Assembly (NCBI RefSeq): GCF_001194135.2
Contig: NC_068986.1
Span: forward strand, 87,402,539-87,463,365
Length of the DNA stretch: 60,827 nt
Direction of reading: 5' to 3'
Source of the DNA: Octopus bimaculoides
Lineage: Eukaryota
Shown here: positions 54,214 to 60,827 of the stretch, piece by piece
How positions within the stretch are numbered: the first letter of the stretch is position 1
How the letters are laid out: each line of letters opens with the position of its first letter
The notes under the pieces: model-generated
Databases searched by the model: none
Seen by the model: only the letters and a program-made list of their open reading frames with translations
Told to the model about the DNA's origin: nothing
Position numbers and translations under genes: made by a program

Positions 54214-54395
54214 CTCCTTTACTTGTTTCAGTCATTTGACTGCGGCTATGCTGGAGCACCGTCTTTAATATGTGAGACGCTTACAGCGCCTTGGTTTCCC
54301 AAGCGGTCACCCATCTAAGTACTCACTAGGCTCGACGTTACTAACTTCGGTGATTGGACGAGAACCGCTGCTTTCAACGCGATAAGGCCTTAAGC
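54214..54395 (-). mobile_element. Chimeric retroposed unit: 5S rRNA head + 11-nt linker + SINE family B 3' tail, flanked by a direct repeat
   Basis: 54214-54267 (ctcctttacttgtttcagtcatttgactgcggctatgctggagcacc) matches the family B tail at ~35822-35877. cattatcattattatta occurs at both 54197-54213 and 54395-54411. Confidence 0.6.
54279..54395 (-). pseudogene. 5S_rRNA: 5S rRNA copy, full length (117 nt), mutated; probable retro-pseudogene
   Basis: The minus strand reads GCTTAAGGCCTTATCGCGTTGAAAGCAGCGGTTCTCGTCCAATCACCGAAGTTAGTAACGTCGAGCCTAGTGAGTACTTAGATGGGTGACCGCTTGGGAAACCAAGGCGCTGTAAGC. It is colinear with invertebrate 5S rRNA as I recall it (GTTCTCGTCC, CACCGAAGTTA, AGTACTT.GATGGGTGACCGC). 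The ends form helix I (GCTTAaGGC/GCTGTAAGC, one mismatch). There are apparent small deletions and substitutions in the A-box and C-box regions, and no T4+ terminator follows the 3' end. Confidence 0.9.
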
Positions 54396-54611
54396 ATTAT
54401 CATTATTATTATGTCTTTTTAATATGCAAGTTCAAATCTCTCCCAACTTTTGACTTTACCTGTCTTTGTTTGTTTGTTTGTGTTGCATCCGGACTGTTGG
54501 GAGACGCACTTGCCAGTTATCTTTAGGGATCGATTAAACCGTCTGCTGAAGTCAGTCCTGTGTGTATCATATCTATATCTGTCTGCATGCCTCTCTATCT
54601 GTCTGTCTGTC

Positions 54612-54647
<36 letters not shown>

Positions 54648-54789
54648 ACTCACTCACGCGCACATACACACTACCGCTTCTCGTAACTTGGGCAAGGGGA
54701 TGAAAGAATATGTACCAGGCTTTAAAAAATTGAAGGATAAAGATGTGTGTGTGTGTGTGTGTATGTGTGTGAGGGAGAGAGAGAGAGAG

Positions 54790-54828
<39 letters not shown>

Positions 54829-55110
54829 AAGAGAGAAAGTTTTGAAACATCTGCTGTTGAGACAAACTCAAACAGATTGAGTCCGGTTTCGACTGTCAGC
54901 TTTCAAACATGGCCAGCATTTTGGGAAAAACGTAATGTCAAATGCTGAGAAATTCCATCTTGGTGAACAAAGAGAATGAACCAATTGTGGTTCGTAAGCT
55001 CACTGTGCAACCACGTTTTCGGAATAAGGTACACTCGCAACACCTTAGGCAAATGTCTTCTACTATTTATAATGCATTGCGAATGAATTTGACAGACAGA
55101 AACTGCTGTA

Positions 55111-55735
<625 letters not shown>

Positions 55736-55919
55736 AAGCAAATAATATAAGACTTATCATTTTAAACATAGTTCAATAAATTTCATCAAATAAATGAAAT
55801 GAAGCAGATTAAAATGGATTATTCCTTTTATTCCATATAATGGATTATTCCTTTTATCACTGCTTAAGAACTACGGCCAGGAAACGTTGTGGTCCGAGAG
55901 AATATGTACTACACTTTGA

Positions 55920-56003
55920 AACAGAAATACTATGGTCGATCTGCCTCACTGAATCCCTCTGGGGCGGAACCCCAGTATGACCTGCAGGCCAATGACTGAA
56001 TGA
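55920..56003 (+). mobile_element. Degenerate SINE family B 3' tail
   Basis: ggcggaaccccagtatgacctgcaggccaatgactgaatgaa resembles ggcggtgctccagcatggccgcagtcaaatgactgaaac. Confidence 0.5.
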
Positions 56004-57414
56004 AATATATATATATATATAAGAGATAAAAAATAAAATGGAATACATGTTAATGGTGGAGGTGTAGTATTTTATTTCGAAACCAACTAGTTTAAAATCA
56101 ACAAGTGTACTATATTGATACTCGGAAACATTCAAGATTTAGTGTGAAACCCATCAACATTTGAACCTGGAATATAAGAAGATAGTTTTGCTGTATATTC
56201 GCTCTGTAATTCACCAGCTTTTCCACCTCGAATAATAATATCTTTAACAACCTGTACTGCTTAAATAATTAGCGGTCAAACCGTAGTAATAAATCTGGCA
56301 TTTTATAATACAATATTATAGAAATTCGTAGTTACATTTCTTTCTAAATATAGTTATTTACACACAAAAACCATGCACACGCACTCACGCAGATATATAT
56401 GTAATTATGTTATGTATGCATAGTTATGAATAGTATTCAGTGAATCACATATACACTCCCTCACACAAACTTATGAGAAATTATTTCGCATAATGAAATT
56501 ATACACGAAATATGCGGATGTAGAAGAAGAAGAAGAAGAAGAAGAAGAAAGGGGTGAAGGTGGGGGTTACATATATTGCTGCAACTGCTACCACCACCGC
56601 CACTACTACTACTAGTATTTCCATATTTAGTTACTTTGCTCCATGTCGCGTGTTCAGATTTGGCCAGCACTGTATTTTATCTGTTACACTAGACAAGGGT
56701 CAACAAAGTTACTAAAGTTTAGTAAATCTCATGGAATTCGATTTCATTCTACCCTCCACACCACATACCTGAGCTACACCACAATTATTTGGAGGAAGCT
56801 GCGGTAGCTTTTTGGATAACCACCCCCAACTGCGGAGCTTCATGTAAATATAATTATTATTATGTGACGTTTCATTCGAATTTGTGTTTATTCTCAAACC
56901 AAAGTGCTTTTGGTGGATTCATTATAATGAGCACTTCTCCATCCGGTCGGTATCTTTTCTAGCTAAATCTGTGATTCTAAGTCTTCGGTTAATTATAAAT
57001 TATAATCAATTCATATTCCATCTAACACCATGAGCATTTAGGTGCGAAAGTGAAATATAAGCATTCAAGGTATTGGTAAAACGCGGGTTCGAAACACGTT
57101 GGAAAGCGTATTGTGAAAATTCCTTTTGCTGTGGGTCTGCTACAGGGTTAACCAATAATCCGTAGTTAATATTTTGCCGAGGAGGCCGCGTGGAAGCCCG
57201 TTGTTGATGGTTGGTGTCAAACCGAGGCTATTATGGCAAAACATGTGCACTCGGAATCAGCATATCAGTAATCGAACTCAGATTTACAAGGTTATGGCGA
57301 CCCACACACCTGGACGCATTTGCGTATACATACATACATACATACATACATACATACATACATACATACATGCATATATACATGTGTGTGTGTAATGGTT
57401 TCAAATTTTTCCTC

Positions 57415-57493
57415 AAGGGCAGCCATTTTGTGGATGTGGATGAATCGATTACATCGACCCCAGTTTTCAACTGGTACTTATTTCAACGACTCC
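57415..57493 (-). mobile_element. SINE family A 3' fragment running into a gap
   Basis: tcgattacatcgaccccagttttcaactggtactta. Confidence 0.75.
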
Positions 57494-57912
57494 NNNNNNN
57501 NNNNNNNNNNNNNNNNNNNNNNNNNNNNNNNNNNNNNNNNNNNNNNNNNNNNNNNNNNNNNNNNNNNNNNNNNNNNNNNNNNNNNNNNNNNNNNNNNNNN
57601 NNNNNNNNNNNNNNNNNNNNNNNNNNNNNNNNNNNNNNNNNNNNNNNNNNNNNNNNNNNNNNNNNNNNNNNNNNNNNNNNNNNNNNNNNNNNNNNNNNNN
57701 NNNNNNNNNNNNNNNNNNNNNNNNNNNNNNNNNNNNNNNNNNAACTCAAAATATGAGTATATATATATTTTTTTTTTTCATATAATAAATAATAGGTATG
57801 TTAGTGCAATCAAGAAAAATAGAACTCAAAATATGAGTATATATATATTTATTGATATTTAGCAGAAGTACAGAGTGACTTAAGATCTCTAAGTTTCGTG
57901 CGTTGGCTAAGT

Positions 57913-57943
<31 letters not shown>

Positions 57944-58213
57944 TATACATATCTGTCTATCAGTATGTCTGTCTGTGTGTGCGTGTGCACTTACATATAA
58001 GGACATATGCATGATTTATGTATGTATGAACAAATACACAACAAACTAACGACCTACGTGTACTAACATGTTCTTCCTAAAGAACGACCTTCGTTTTCTT
58101 TTTATTTCTGTTAAATTCTCGCCAAATTTTCTCTTATTTTATTTCTTCTTAACTTATATTACTCCATTCACAATCTCCTTCTAGCATCCTTCTCTCTCTC
58201 TCTCTCTCTCTCA

Positions 58214-58250
<37 letters not shown>

Positions 58251-58631
58251 NNNNNNNNNNNNNNNNNNNNNNNNNNNNNNNNNNNNNNNNNNNNNNNNNN
58301 NNNNNNNNNNNNNNNNNNNNNNNNNNNNNNNNNNNNNNNNNNNNNNNNNNNNNNNNNNNNNNNNNNNNNNNNNNNNNNNNNNNNNNNNNNNNNNNNNNNN
58401 NNNNNNNNNNNNNNNNNNNNNNNNNNNNNNNNNNNNNNNNNNNNNNNNNNCCCTCTCTCTCTCCTTCTCTACGTATTTGTGAGCCTTCTTTCTACGCCAT
58501 TTTCTCTCTCGCTTAACTTTCGACGATACATTTCATTACGGAAATATAATTGACAGTAATAAATTAACATTTTCATTTGAGGCAGAGATAGGAATGAGGA
58601 AGACGTCGATAATGCCGACCTCGAAGATTAC

Positions 58632-58682
<51 letters not shown>
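58632..58682. repeat. (GAT)n microsatellite
   Basis: Visible directly in the sequence. Confidence 0.95.
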
Positions 58683-58683
<1 letters not shown>

Positions 58684-60776
58684 GTGGTGGTGTTGGTGAT
58701 GACAATGACAAGAACTACGCTGCAGATAATAAGTAGCATCATATCCATTATTTTCATTTTCCACATCATCATCAGAATCATAACCTACACATTCTTCTGA
58801 TTTGCTCATCACTCGATTGCTGAATGGTAATAATGCGTAGTAACCCACATCTATGAACCAAAAATTCCAACAAAAGATTAGTTAATTATTTAATATTAAA
58901 TCCCTTATAGGCACATCTACACATGATACTACTTTAGAGAAAAGCGAACCAATTCCATAAGGACCGCTGATGACGTCGTTACGGATTCTGAGTGGTTTCT
59001 GTAAAGTTTTGCGGGTAGAAAATTCTCCCCAAATTTCGTTCACCTGTTAATGCTAGTTTCGATTTTATATTTCGGCTCACCATCAGTCAGTCTTTTATTC
59101 AGAGAAATTCTGTTTCAGCTGACATGCTTCACGCAACACACACACAAGCTTCTACTACAACAGTTGCTTGAACGAAAAAAGCCTTTTATTTCCTTTCAGT
59201 TTGACATTATATTGCATAAAACCCCTACAAGATATAATTCTATATCTGTGTTTTTTGGTTGCGATTTCATTCTTAAATATAACTAAACACATTGCGGTAG
59301 ATATGATGTTTATATAAGATTTAACATCATTATCTTTTTTGATTTCCTGTTTCATCATGTAACAAAATAAACTTAAATTAAGATATGAGAAATAAATGAC
59401 TTAGCGTCCTTTACTCTGTCGCTTCCTCAGCCACCCTTGCATTTTCTGTCTCACACCATCATCGCGGTGCATGCCACTCACTGTGTGCGTTAATAATCAC
59501 ACCAGTACTATTCATACTCCCCCGCCACCCTGCTTATCTCTCACCCATATTCTATTCCAATTTGAAACTTGAAAAATCTTTGATTTTATGAATTCTCACT
59601 CTGTAATTGCGTGGATGCGTTAGTGTATGAGTCTGGGAGTGCAAGAATGCATACGGATGCAAGGATGGCAACATGGGCGTATATATATAAGCATGATTTA
59701 CGCCCACAATACGACATAAATATGTATGTGACTGTGTGCATGCGTATGTCTTTCTATGTCTGGTTGTATATGCAGTCGCGAACGAGTAATCTTTAGAGTG
59801 TGTGTGTGTGTGTGTGTATCCGTGTTTGTAAGAGTGTGTGTTTGTGTGTACCTATTGCATTCAATGTGCAGAGATTAAAATGATTCGATTTAAACTTTAT
59901 TTATCGTTTCGTTTAATAAATATATATGGTGAGTAAACGTGAAAGCATTGATACATACATTCAAAGATAAATATGTACATACATATATATATATATATAC
60001 ATACACAAATACACACACATACACGCGCCTAAACATATATAGAAACACACCTGTTGATACAGATAGTGTGACACATAAGCACTGGAACACAGACACAAAA
60101 GTAATTATAAGATTGATACATAGACAGTCAAAAACATGCAAAGACAAACCAAGATATATACATACATAAACAACCTGTAGGTAGGTAGATAGTGTGGGAT
60201 ACTCATACCGACGCACACATATATAAATATATAGACTGAGACACACCTGTGGACAGACGGAGATTGTCAAACATACACACACACACACACACACAGACAC
60301 ACACGAACACACACAGTAATTATAGCCGTAGTTGGGGAAAGACTTTCCAAGTACAACGACACAAGATAAGTAGTATCAATTAGAAAACAAAGCTGAACGA
60401 ATGCAGTCATCCCAATATACTAAGTGACTTAACAATCATTTCCTACTGTGCCGACATCTACGCTCATAACACATCCATTCACACAACACACACGGACACA
60501 CACACACACACACACACGCACGTACACACATATACAAAGTGAGATATACACAAACAAATACATGCACATAGACATACTCACATTATTTGGATAGGTAAGT
60601 TCATAGATACTAATGTAGTGCTATCTATCTATAATGCATATGTATACCCATGTTATATACATAGATATATGTATGTACATATACATATATATACATATAT
60701 GTATACATATATATATATTTATATATGTACATATATATATATATATATATATATGTACATATATATATATATAGAG

Positions 60777-60827
<51 letters not shown>

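Noticed and set aside
54279-54395. Functional 5S rRNA gene
   Set aside because: It is a solitary copy with a helix I mismatch, lesions in the internal control region and no oligo-T terminator, so it is treated as a pseudogene.
56769-56829. Minus-strand exon candidate with a CAG|GTATGT donor
   Set aside because: There is no polypyrimidine tract at the acceptor, two of three frames are closed, and the peptide is not recognisable.
58880-59045. Open minus-strand frame VNEIWGEFSTRKTLQKPLRIRNDVISGPYGIG...
   Set aside because: Splice sites are weak, two frames are equally plausible and no family is recognised.

Overview
This is animal non-coding genomic DNA from a gapped draft assembly, with about 21 N-gaps totalling roughly 6.8 kb, most of them bounded by microsatellites. 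Extreme (AT)n/(CA)n/(GA)n/(ATT)n/(GATA)n density and the SINE families point to a coleoid cephalopod, most likely Octopus; that assignment is an inference from remembered repeat sequences, not a database result. No host protein-coding gene can be supported. Nearly all long ORFs in the track are translations of microsatellites or N-gaps. The window contains: (1) many copies of at least four tRNA-headed SINE types that appear to share and swap modules; (2) a decayed Tc1/mariner transposase bounded by a short inverted repeat (17289-18125); (3) a heavily frameshifted fragment resembling the C-terminus of an Academ-type DNA transposase (~6760-7232); (4) LINE-like 3' ends; and (5) a full-length but mutated 5S rRNA copy (54279-54395, minus strand). 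The 5S copy is fused to a SINE 3' tail, and the fused unit is flanked by a perfect 16-17 bp direct repeat. This is the most interesting object in the window: a candidate 5S-headed SINE (SINE3-like) or a template-switch retro-chimera. A few splice-bounded open segments are listed as low-confidence exon candidates. There is no CRISPR array, no functional tRNA gene and no prokaryote-type system.
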